Assembly (NCBI RefSeq): GCF_964355755.1 | Contig: NC_092672.1 | Location: 35,780,437 to 35,844,436, forward strand | Reading direction: 5' to 3' | Length of the DNA: 64,000 bases | Source: Antedon mediterranea | Lineage: Eukaryota; Animalia; Echinodermata | Shown here: positions 25,701 to 36,900 of the stretch, in pieces | Layout: the number at the start of each line of letters is the position of its first letter | Numbering within the stretch: position 1 is the first letter of the stretch | Made by a program: the position numbers and the translations under genes | The notes under the pieces: generated by a model | The model's database searches: none | The model's input: the letters and a program-made list of their open reading frames with translations, nothing else | Told to the model about the DNA's origin: nothing

Positions 25701-27338
25701 TAGAAGATTATAAAGATCAATTAAGACTTTTATTGAATAATCACCACCATTATTCCCAGTTGGGTAGAGGATTTGAGGTTTGTAACATTTTAATTTTTTT
25801 TCTGTTTCAATTGAATTTTTTATTTCAAATAGTAGCACAATATAAACTATGTCTACACTATCAAACAGCATGTGACCAAACTATGTGATGTGCCCATATA
25901 TGGACATGATGATGTCATATTACTACCATATTTGGGCACATCACACTTAAGGGGCTTTGCATCTAAAGCATTAGCTTACAGCTTACTTCAATTAATTTTG
26001 TATGTACTTTGTATTAATCTGAGATTGTGAATAAAGTTATATATATATATGTACTTTGTCAAACTAGTTTGATAGTGTAGACAGAGCTTAACACTGAAAA
26101 TGCAATGGTATACATTAAGATATGAAATTTATAGAAAATGTGAAAATTCTTTAAAAAGCAATGCAATGCAGTTAAGATTCAAGGAACATGCCTAGTAGTA
26201 TACAAGCTAAAGGTCAATAATACACAGAGTAGTAGTAAGCTGAAAAAACTGCATAGCTTGTCCTACAAAACCGCCATTCGCTCCATGTTGTGTGTAAATT
26301 GTAAAGGAATAACATAGATTCTATAATTTTATTACCGTTGCAGCTCGTCTGTGTAAATTGGCCTTTAGACTACAATTTATTTACCTCGGAGTAAAGGACA
26401 GATGAGATAAAACTTTTCATTTAAACTTATAACATTCTTTGTCATTTTACAGCATGAATTATCGAGTGAAGAGGCCCATGCAAGTCAATCCAGGTGCGAT
26501 TCCATCAGATCAGATGTCTCCTGGGAAGAGGTTGACGAGAAGGATGGCATGCCAGTACTCTGGGTTCCAGATCACGCAGCAACTGAATGCATGCATTGTC
26601 AGACTAAATTCCAGTTATGGAATCGTAAACATCATTGCCGGTATGATAAAAGCTCTAAGTATCACAACGACTAACATAGGGAACCGGGGCTGACTAGTCT
26701 TACTAATAAAGTTAGTCAAACTTTTGGTTTTGAACCCGCATCTCAATTATAATTCCAAATTTGTAATCAGTTTTTATGTTCATGCTTTTCCCTTTTGCAC
26801 AAATTTGTAATGTTTGCGGTTCAAGAAATGACTAAAAGTACCCCAGAATTGCTTGTTTGCCTGGCAAATGTTTTTGTTTTCCCTATTGTTTGTTTTCTGA
26901 TATTTATTTCTTAAGTTTGATTTGTATTGTCATCTTCATTTACTTACTTTACATGGGCAAAAGGGGAGGGTTCGACCATAGAATGCTCTGAATGAATTGA
27001 CTTGAATTCAATGTCAATTCAAAAATCGTGCTTTCTTTACTTATTTTACTTTGGTGTTTCCACCTTCTCCTATATGGACAATATTACATTTTTGTAACAT
27101 TTTATTTTTTAAGCTTTTAAATCTTGAAACTATAAAAATGATTATATTTTATATTTCTTCTAGGGCATGTGGAAAGGTATTTTGTGGTTCTTGCAGTAAT
27201 TATTTTGCCGCCATTCCAGAAGAACAACTTTTCAAGAAGGAACGTGTTTGTCGAAACTGCCATGACAAACTTGGTAATAGCAATTATTTATATAAAGTTA
27301 ACCAATCAAAAACAGCTATTACAACAGCCAGTGGATAA
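10771..27338 (+). CDS. MTMR4: Myotubularin-related protein 3/4 ortholog (PH-GRAM, PI3P phosphatase, coiled coil, FYVE), ~1105 aa
   Basis: Exons: 10771-10773 (ATG only), 13035-13250, 14577-14659, 18680-18864, 19074-19170, 19625-19738, 20089-20300, 20633-20761, 21230-21341, 22141-22336, 22830-23015, 23926-24093, 24524-25777, 26453-26640, 27164-27338 (3318 nt, in phase). Catalytic VHCSDGWDRTPQ; FYVE WVPD...RKHHCRACGKVFC...RVC. Likely co-ortholog of vertebrate MTMR3 and MTMR4, so the symbol is approximate. Probable non-coding first exon ending near 9037. Confidence 0.95.
11298..11444. mobile_element. Dominant MITE copy
   Basis: Left TIR partly deleted; core intact. Confidence 0.8.
11579..11739. 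mobile_element. Dominant MITE copy followed by an orphan TIR (~11742-11765)
   Basis: TIRs and core. Confidence 0.8.
12877..12997 (-). mobile_element. 5' part of the same SINE family
   Basis: Reverse-complement match to ~3200-3312 (GGAACCGTAATTACG...GGTTCGA...GTCTTCTCGGATAA). Confidence 0.72.
13338..13603. repeat. 20-bp minisatellite
   Basis: (TTGACACGCCCTAAAGTATA)n. Confidence 0.85.
15521..15687. mobile_element. Dominant MITE copy
   Basis: TIRs and core; flanks TAA...TTA. Confidence 0.85.
16637..17220 (-). mobile_element. Non-autonomous Helentron-associated (HINE/DINE-1-like) element
   Basis: Subterminal inverted repeat TACCTCCGCC/GGCGGAGGTA, short 5' hairpin CCTCCGCCAAGGAGG, (GTTT)n microsatellite, 3' stem-loop CACTCTCGGAGTG then TTTCTAGTT; T-rich flanks. 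Confidence 0.68.
20870..21110 (-). mobile_element. tRNA-derived SINE with CORE/V-like box and L2-type tail
   Basis: Minus strand reads GGTCGAATCC...GTATCCTTAGGCAAGACACTTTAC...GTAAAGCACCTTTGAGC...GGGCGTTATA. Confidence 0.62.
21487..21912. mobile_element. Tc1/mariner-like MITE (TA|CAGTAGAA...TTCTACTG|TA) with a 17-bp tandem array
   Basis: TA flanks; about 8 TGTCCCCTGAGTAGGGG units at ~21750-21895. Related fragments at ~28860-29250, ~32592-32700 and ~49285-49455. Confidence 0.7.
21516..21671. mobile_element. Dominant MITE copy nested in a Tc1/mariner-like MITE
   Basis: TIRs and core, lying inside 21487-21912. Confidence 0.82.
22451..22610. mobile_element. Dominant MITE copy
   Basis: TIRs and core. 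Confidence 0.83.
23332..23463. mobile_element. Dominant MITE copy
   Basis: TIRs and core. Confidence 0.82.
23664..23822. mobile_element. Harbinger-like MITE
   Basis: TIR AGGGGCTTTTACACCTGTTCCGGCA / TGCCAGAACAGGTGTGAAAGACCCT; flanks TAA...TTA. Confidence 0.7.
24102..24239. mobile_element. Dominant MITE copy 8 nt after an MTMR splice donor
   Basis: AAG|GTATGTAA followed directly by the TIR. Confidence 0.83.
25845..26088. mobile_element. Dominant MITE copy interrupted by a ~100-bp insert resembling a LINE 3' tail
   Basis: TIRs at both ends; insert ~25950-26052 ending AATAAAG(TA)n. Confidence 0.72.
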
Positions 27339-27530
27339 TGACATCAGTCTGTGAGTGACCAATCAAGAAGAAGGAACATTAAACCTACCATGGAAACAAC
27401 ATATAAAGTTAACCAATCAAAAACAGCAATTACAACAGCCAGTGGATAACTCTTGTTGAATATGATGACATCAGCCAGTGAGTGACCAATCAGCAAAAAG
27501 GAACGCGTTTATCAAAGTTACCATGGAAAA
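27291..27530 (+). repeat. Tandem duplication of the MTMR C-terminal codons, stop and proximal 3'UTR (111-bp period)
   Basis: TATAAAGTTAACCAATCAAAAACAGC.ATTACAACAGCCAGTGGATAA at 27291 and 27402. Confidence 0.88.
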
Positions 27531-28859
27531 GCAGTTAAAATAGCTATTATTTGGATAACTCTCACAAAATCTTAAAGGTTAAGCATGGTTTCACTGTACA
27601 TGGTTTTGACCAATCAGAAAGAGAAAGTGGGTGGTAATTTATTCAAATTAATATAATAAACAAGTGTCTTCTTGCTTTTAAAGTCAGTTCTCAGAATAGA
27701 CAAAAAACCAAGATAAAACTTTATGAAAATTTCTCTGATTATAGCTTAAACTAGATATTGAATTCCAAATATGGATTTGTTTTTAACTGAGGGCCTGTTG
27801 ATATTTTTTATTTTTGTTTTTACTCTAGTTGTAGAAACAGACATTTTCAGGTTCTATTTGGCCATGAAAAATTAATTCTGAAAAAAAAAAAAAGTTTAAT
27901 TTGTTTCCGATTGTTCTGCTTGTTGGCCTAGGAAAGATTTTATATTAAAGTCCTTGTTACATTTTTTAGGAAGCTGTTAATAAACGAAAGGAGCAAATAT
28001 AATTATAATTTATTCATGTTTGCTTCAAAATTCCCTTTTGATGGCTTTCTTACAGATTCTTTTCTAGTATTTTGCTTTTAAAGTGCGTTGCTTTAGAATT
28101 AAGTATTTGAGTTGCTAAATAAATTACCATTAAAATGTTGTCAGGAAAATTAAAGACATGATAGGTTTTGAACAAATTTAAAAGTTATAATGAAATAAAA
28201 AAATATCACCATAATACAGTACAATAGAGAATCCTACAAAATTAAAACAGACCTACAATAAAAAAAATGGAAAACCTAATAACATCCCTACAAAATAATG
28301 TAAGATCCCAATAGAATATGAATTATATGCACGCAACCAACAGGGGCAGCCTATTCCATTACTCTTTTAGGGTGATCATACATAACAGTTGTATAGAAGT
28401 TGAACGTATGTACTTATTTACTAATTTCGACATAAACCTTGGATTATTTCAACTTTATACGCATTTCAATTAGTTATCCATATATTATTATTAATAACAA
28501 ATTAAAACTCTTTAAATTGTAATTAGATATTTTCAAGTTATTAAAGTTTGCAAAATAGTCCTTAATCATAAATCAATTGAACAAATATGTTATAAATGAA
28601 ACATAGGAAGAAATCTACTAAATTTAATATTTACAATAACAATTTTATTACAAATTTAAAGATTATAAAAATATTATTCTTATTAAGCTTTTCTCACATT
28701 CCAAAAATTGGGCTATTTTGAAATTAACTCTATTAGCAATATTTGTTGTTCTTTTCGTATTAATCTCTACTATTATTTGTGTCACAATTAAGATGTTTTA
28801 CAGTCTTAGGTACTGAGTATTAAAAAGAATTGCACTTGTATCCTCATGGATGGAATTAA

Positions 28860-29250
28860 AAGTGTCCCCTGAATAGGCGCTGGCCCTAGTGTTAAAATGT
28901 ATTATCCCTTGTTAGTTTCATGGGAAAGTGTTCTCTTATCAGGGGTATCCCCTGATTAGCGGTATCCCCTGAATAGGGGTTTGCCCCAGTGTTAAAATGT
29001 ATTATCCCTTGTTAGTTTCATGGGAAAGTGTTCTCTTATTAGGGGTATCCCTGAATAGCGGTATCCCCTGAATAGGGGTATCCCCTGAATAGGGGTATCT
29101 CCTATATAAAGGTTGGCCCTAGTGTTAAAACACATTGTCCCTTGTTAGTTTCATGGCAAAGTGTCCCCTGAATAGGAGTTAGCACAAATTTTAAAACATA
29201 TTCTCCCTTGTTAATTTCATGGGAAAGTGTTCCCTTAATAGGGATGTCTT
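28860..29250. repeat. Compound minisatellite of MITE-derived units, probably in the MTMR 3'UTR
   Basis: Repeated GTATCCCCTGAATAGGG and CCCTTGTTAGTTTCATGGGAAAGTG blocks. Confidence 0.75.
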
Positions 29251-30765
29251 TGAAACAGAATTTGTTTTATCGACAGTATATTTATTGTTTCAAACTGTGG
29301 CAATGAAATTACTGTAATGTTAAAATTGCATGTCTGTACTGCTGATGTAATAATCATTTGGGAATGGGAACTAAATTCAAAGTCTTGGCTTAGCTCATCG
29401 CCTCTCTCTGTGATGATAAATATATGTCTTATATTTTGTTTTATTTATATTTACCAGATTTTTTACACATGTATGCAATAGTGTAACAGCAAATGGCTGT
29501 TTTGGTTTTAGCAGCTAAGAAATTTAAAAGCAGCCAAAGAAAAATTTAAACAATACTGTCATTTGGTTTTGAATCTAATTTGTGGAAATCTGTAAATGTA
29601 ATTGCAAAATTCACACATTCTAAGTACTATGTTTATATTTTGCTGATAATTACTTCAGATGGTGAATTTGACTGAGATAGCAAAATTCTTATTGAATTAA
29701 TTTTTGTTGTATAATAGTTATATTATTTATTCTAGCAATTGGTGTATTATTTACTACAATCCCTGTCGTCATTTACCCCACCAAACCTTTTTGATCTTTA
29801 TGAAATATGACATTTATATAATCTTGACACCTACCTTTGATACCCAACAAAGTCTCCCCTGAATATATTTAACAAATATATTTATAGCATCAATTGATAT
29901 TTTAAAACATAAAGAATTACAGTTCAGATGGGAAATAAAACCATAAAATTATCCTTAGTATAGAAAAAAAAAACCAATATTTTACATAAATCCAAATTTG
30001 ATCTCGATTCGAGTTGCAATATAAGCAAAAAAGCTGTATAGAAATGGCAACTTTTTGGAAACACCATTATATTTGTTGTGATAATGACATTCATTGAAAA
30101 AAGTAAATGTTTTATACCATACAGATATTATATAATATCTCTATGTTTAGACCGTCTGTAATTATGATTTTAAGTACAGACGCTTAACTGCCAATTTGAT
30201 TACCCCAGAACTGAAGGTGGCAATTAGGTAACTAGAACAGTTGTATTATTTGTCTTTTAATTTAAGTACTAAAAAAATTACCCGAATTATATCTATTTTA
30301 TGGTTATATTAATAGTACATGTCTATATACGTATTATGAGATTTAAAAAAGCAATATTATATTATTTTTCTAAAAATTAGCTTCTACGAAGCTGTATTGT
30401 TAAAAATATTAAAAATAGTTTTTGGTAATTAAATTCTAATATTTTATTTGAAGTGAATAAAGTCTTATTTTCTTGTTTGAAAATAAAACATTTCAGAATT
30501 AAACTAGTTAAAATATTTTACAACAAAATTATAATTTCTTTAAGACCAAAAAAAGCAGTCTTAATATAATTTGTAAATATTGTTTGGGATTGTCTCTCAA
30601 AACATGTGCAAATTTTCATTTTGCTTCGCTTTGACAGGGAGTGTGCCCTCTATGGCTGTTAAAGTGAACAATATGATGCAGGATTTCAAATAAAGATGTA
30701 TTGGAAACTCACTCATTTCTATATTTTTTTTTCTCTTTATTCAGTCAAATAAAAATTGCGTTTTA

Positions 30766-30868
30766 AGCTCACTACACTCTCAAACTTTATGTGACAAAAA
30801 AATGTGATGTGCCCATATATGGACATGATGATGTCATCACTACCATATTTAAGCATATCGCTACCATA
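30766..30868. mobile_element. Half copy of the dominant MITE downstream of the SMYD4 stop
   Basis: One TIR plus core, truncated. Confidence 0.75.
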
Positions 30869-30970
30869 AACAAACAAAACAAATATTGCATCAAGACTCT
30901 ACATCCGAGTTCTAAAAAACAACCGTTGTGAAAGTACTGTTCCGTCAATTGGTTCTCATAAAGTAGAAGT

Positions 30971-33900
30971 TCATAATGCAAGGTGTTCAAGAGTTGATTT
31001 CATTTCTACTAACTCGTGTACAGATTCATGATTGTTACCATAGTGACAGACAAGGACTGGTAAACATCTATTGATTGTTGCTATGGCACCTTCAACATCT
31101 CGCCTAAAAACATCAAATATTAAGAGTTTTAGAACAATATTTAACAATGGCTTGTCTGAGGAACGAAGTCGATGAGATGGAGCATATTGAGGAAAATGTA
31201 AGGTGGATGGAAAAATATTAAAATAAAGATCTCTGTACAGTCAGATTAAGAATATACTTACATGTTAAATTGTATACTGGCAAGTTTGTGTAATTCATTT
31301 GCAAGTTCTATACTATCAGGTCCAAACCACTTCTCTACAGTAGCTATGCTTAGCTTCAGGAACTTAACAGCTGAACTTGTATCACCTGGATTGAAAAAAA
31401 AAACCCACACTGAATAGGATTTGTATTCCCTCAGGTCAGAGGTCAGTGCAGGAAGCTATCATATTTTATTTACATTAGATTACAAATCTGCATTTCTTAT
31501 TACTGGACTATGATACAACATAAACACATTTTGTTTCAATTCTTCACACTGTGAACCTTGCCATTGTTTTAGCTTTCACACCAGTCCCACTCAATGTCAC
31601 TTATATTTCTGGACTTTCTGCATTCTCACTCCTTTGGACGATCAAGGTATTGAAATGCGAGAAAATAAATATGTGATGTACCACAAACTTTATATCAACA
31701 TAAATACATTTTTCAATCGATTAGTATATCTCATAGGCATCAGTTCCAGTTTACACTGCTTTTCTCCAACTTCTAAATTACAATGCAAAAGATAGGACAT
31801 ACAAAATCTTCACCCATCACTATATCTTGTGTATATACATTAACTTTAAAATAATCTGGCATATCTCTACTGTAATAAAGCAGAAGTTGAAGGGATGAGG
31901 CTTATATGAGAGCCATTAATGGTAGTTGCATCTTCACCTAATAGAACATAGCACCTTGCAATACTGTCTTGTGTTTGGCCCAGGTTTCTGTGATATTTAT
32001 CAAGATATAATGTCTGTATTTCACAACACTGCAAAAGTAACACTAAAGAATCTGCAAAACAAATTATTTTGGTAATATTCTCTATGCGAGGTAGTCATTA
32101 TTATCTACAAATAAGGGGTGAATATTTATCATTAAGTCTTTAAAAATTAAAATTGCCTTACCTTCAATTTTATTTTCTTCTAACATCTGATTGGCTTTCG
32201 AAAACATATCCATTGACTTTGACAATTCCTACACAAATTTTATGAAAACAATTTTATACAAAAGTGTTTTTTTTTATATATTGGAAAAAATATATATTGC
32301 AGAAAACAATAAAAATATGACTTTGATGTTTTCAGTGATACTCTCTAGTAATACATTGTAATTTAAATTCACCATTTTTATGTTTTCTTTGTTAGAATTC
32401 TCTTTGCTAGTTTCTTGCGTTAGATCATTATCAGCGTTTGAGTCATCAAGTCTGCATGCATCACAGTTACACTCAAAGTTATACTGCTTCTTCAGAGCTT
32501 CTTGTCTTTCTGCCTTCTTCATGCGTTTATAATGAGGGCCTGAAAAAGAAAACATTCAACTATTTCAACAATTTTGTATTTGTGTAAACCTACAGTAGAA
32601 TCCCTATTATAATAGGGTCCCTGAATGGGGGTTGGTGTTAAGACATTGTTCCTCATTCATTTCACAGGAAAATGTCCTCTTAATAGAAGTGCAATCAAGG
32701 GGTTCACAAATTAGGCTAGGTTTTTATCAGTGCGGCTATTATTAGTGGTCATTAATACATATTCTATATGTCTAACATGAATAAGACCTTATTGAGCCTG
32801 CAATCTAAAAATAATGTAAGCCTGGGCAAAATGTACTACAGTGGTTGGATACAACATGCATACAGCATTTTATCAAGTCAACTCCAATCTTAGATTTTTT
32901 TTTATTTTGTTATTGATTTTTTAAAAACCATATTTAATGAGGGTGATCCATCCAGCAATTAATGATAAGGGACCCTCACAGGTTCACAAGACAAACATAT
33001 ACACAAGATGCTCTACATAAACAAAGGCATATTACAAGTCTTTAGGAGTGGAGTGGAAATATGTTCTTAGCAAAAATCCCGACATGTGACGGGACTTGAA
33101 CTCAGGACCCTTGGAGTGGTAGCCAAGCATCATAACCACCAAGCCACAACTCCACTCCGATGTCAATCAATCAATCAATCAATAATTTTTATTTCTCAAA
33201 TAAAAACAAAATACAGTTAACATTTTCTAAAAATAATAGATAATAAATGAGAAAAAGGGGTACCCCACTGGAAGCTTAAGCTTTAAAATGTGGGGTCCTG
33301 GCAACATAATTAAAAATAAGGTAAGGTAAGAAATATATATATATAATATATGATAATGAACATAAAAAGACATTTAACTTAACAAATGCAGTTATTATAT
33401 GACTTAAGACAGATATATGATCAACTTAAACAATAATAGTAGAAACAAGGTATTCATGTAGTTTGAACTTAAATGAAGATATAAAATTAATAATTTTAAT
33501 TTCATCTGGTAAAGAATTCCAAATTTTTGGTCCTTGAAAAGTTATATCATGCTTGCCAACCTCCGTATTAAAACAATCATAAGCATAATCAAATTTATTT
33601 CTGGTATTATAATTATGAACTAAACTAAAAGTTTGAAAATAAGTATCAAAAATTCTGGGCAGTTGATTATGTTTGAATTTAAACATAAATAAAGCAACAT
33701 TTTTTGTAAGTAAGTCGTAAATATTAAGTGTATTAGATGAGACAAAAAGAGGAGCAGAATGGTGGAGGTAATGAACATTATAAACTGATCTTAAAGCTCT
33801 TTTTTGCAAAATATAAATACGGTTTAAATTAATTTTTGAAGTAAAACCCCAAACGGTTATACCATAAATTAAATGTGCCAAAAAGAGTGATTTATAAATT

Positions 33901-36900
33901 AATAGTAAAACGGAGGAAGGCAAGGCATGTTTGAGTTTATTGAGGACACCGACCACTCTTGATAGTTTTAATGAAATTGTATTAATATGAGAAATAAATG
34001 ATAAGTATTCGTCAATAAAAATGCCAAGAAATGTTGTTGCTTTAGTTCTTTCAATTTCGCTGATGCCGTAATATAATTTAGGAATGTTGGGGGGGATTAG
34101 TTTATTAACTGAACGAAAAATAATAAATTTGTTTTTTTTAATATTTAACGAAAGCTTATTTGATTTTAACCAGTTTGCAATTTTAGTAAGTTCTTGATTC
34201 ATTAAAATAATAGCTTGGTAGATGTCCTTATGATTAATAAATAAACTTGTATCATCTGCAAACATAACAATTTCAGCACAATCACTAATATAATTTAAAT
34301 CATTAATAAATAACAGAAATAAAAGCGGACCAAGGATGGATCCCTGTGGAACACCACACGAAACTGGCCGCAGCTCAGAGACAATATCATTGATTGATAT
34401 ATATTGATGTCTGTTACTTAAATAATTTTCGAACCACTTAAGTGGTATACCTCTTATACCATAGAAACGTAACTTATTAATTAAAATATCATGAGAAATA
34501 CAATCAAAAGCCTTTGACAGGTCAATAAAAACTCCTAAAGTAAATTGTTTTGTTTATTATCAATAGCAGACAAAATATTATGGATTGAATGATGGATGGC
34601 TGAATAGGAGTGTCCAAAAGTAAAATTGTACTCACCATAGCAATGGAGAATTTCTTTATTTGTGTCTATTGTTGTAATAGATCGTACAGTAATTTCATCA
34701 TCTTTAAAACTAAAATAAAGAAAACCAGAAAGGCTGGAAACTATCTCACTACATCATCAAGGCTAGGTTACACATAGTTTGTTACTAACGCATGTAAACT
34801 CTCGCTCTCTCATTGATCAAGACTGGATCTCCAAATTTCAAAAATAATTCTCACCAAGAAGAGAATATAGCAGAATATAAAATTAAAGCCGGGTTTGTTT
34901 CTTTATTTCCATTCACAACAAAAAACATACATAAATAGTCATCATCATCTTTGCTTTAAGGTTTCCACTGGGAGAATCATTATTGAGCTGGAATATATGA
35001 ATGTTCATGTTTATAAACCAACACTTTCAATTCTTTCAAATAAATTCAATGAGTGGAGGATGGGCTTAACTTAAAACAATTGAAGATACTAAGTATTGTT
35101 TTACCTCACAATCACATTAGGTTTGCATGAATGGTTTAGCAGACTTGTGGTTGGAAACAAAGCTGTGGCCAATCTTCTTTGTTCAACATCTGCAACTCTG
35201 TGTCTTCCTTCTCGTATATTAGATGGCACAATTCTTGTTACAGCCTGAGCGTTACAATATAATTGTAGCCAATGGCGAGTATGGGTATTTTGAAGCTGAC
35301 CAATCAGACATGATTTGTCTTGGTGATGTGACTTATCTAACATTTCACATGATTCTCGTTTCCAGGTTCTGTTACCTAGGAGATGATCTATTGTTTTGTG
35401 TATAAGTTCAGATGATATCTACATGAAAGAAATTAACACATTAGGTACATTTATTCAACCATATTTCACGAGGGTGACCCAGCCAGCGGAAGCTGATTTT
35501 AAGGGGCCCTCAACATAGATTATTAAATAAATTTACGAACTTACAAAAAAAAAGTTGCTAATAAACTACCTTCTGGAAATGTTTGATATCTTCAGATGGA
35601 TGCATGTTTTCATTCATCACTAGATTCCATACGGATTGGTAGTTTCCATAGTAACACCCACTACTTGAACATCCAGGAATTGACTTACTAGTCTCCATGG
35701 AGACTTTAGTATCCTTCACATGCTGGCCTTTAACAGTCTGTACCCCAGAGATTACAAGGATTCTGTAACTTAAATGTGCATATACTCCAACCTATAGAAA
35801 CATTATAGAAAACACAATAAATTTATGGTATATTTTGATATACTTTATAAATTAACATACAGTAGCTCTCTTTACCTCCTGAAGCAAGTTCCAATACGGG
35901 CATTCGGCCCAGTGGTATAAGGTCATTGATCTCTGTTGACATTCATCACTGCAATACCTGACTCTGCTACATGATGGACAGCTAGAAATAAAATAAAACT
36001 CAATTAAAATTCTGATGAATTCATGCCCTTATGATTTAGAAATAGTAGAATAAATCAAAAATATATTTACGGAATTGCCGCTTCTGTAGGTGTAAAGCAT
36101 TGGTGACAGTGGGTGTTGTGGAACTCTGGTAATAAAACACCTGTATATGGCTTCTCCTTGATAATGGTACTACCTGCCGGAATCTTTACCTTTGCCTATG
36201 GAAATAAAAGCTTAGGTTCAGTTTAACAACGAACTGTATGTACAGTAGCATGTATCTGCAATATACTTTTCAAAGTCAGATAAAACAAATTATTTGTTGA
36301 AGATGAACTTACTACCAGATGTCTCCCTCTCACATTATTGTACTTGATGGCAACATTTCTCGTAGCCCCACAGATTTCATCCGATTCTATAGTCATACTT
36401 TTATTAACTTCATCTTTAGCCTGTAGAGCTGTGACAAAAGCAATAATAGTTGACAATAACATTATACCGGTGTCATTTCTGGTCACTGGTTTGTAATTTG
36501 TCATGCCCAAAATTTATCTCTATTTTAAAGCCCTGTCTACACTATCAAACTAGTTTGACAAAAAAAGTGTGATGTGCCCTAATATGGTAGTGATATGACA
36601 TCATCATGTCCATATATGGGCACATCACATTTTTTTTCACATAACATTTCATAGTGTAGACAGAGCTTAAGCTAGAAAGTGAGATTGCATAAAACATACT
36701 TTCTGATGCTTCTTGATATCTTTCTAGCTGTATCAAACACTGTGCCTTCCTTTTAAACAATTTATTTTGTTTTTCCGCAGGGTACCGATGGTGCAAAGCA
36801 TGTTCTATATCTTGTAAGCAACCCTAGATGAAAAATATATAATTATATATTTTATTATAAACACCTTACTGTCACAAAGACTCTAGTTTTGTAAACAATT

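Noticed and set aside
27336-27449. Stop-codon readthrough into the in-frame duplicated MTMR tail
   Set aside because: Two consecutive stops (TAA TGA) would both have to be read through.
35690-35705. 16-bp perfect palindrome AGTCTCCATGGAGACT in a SMYD4 exon
   Set aside because: A single instance in coding sequence with no flanking duplication; the arrangement differs from the micro-hairpin family.
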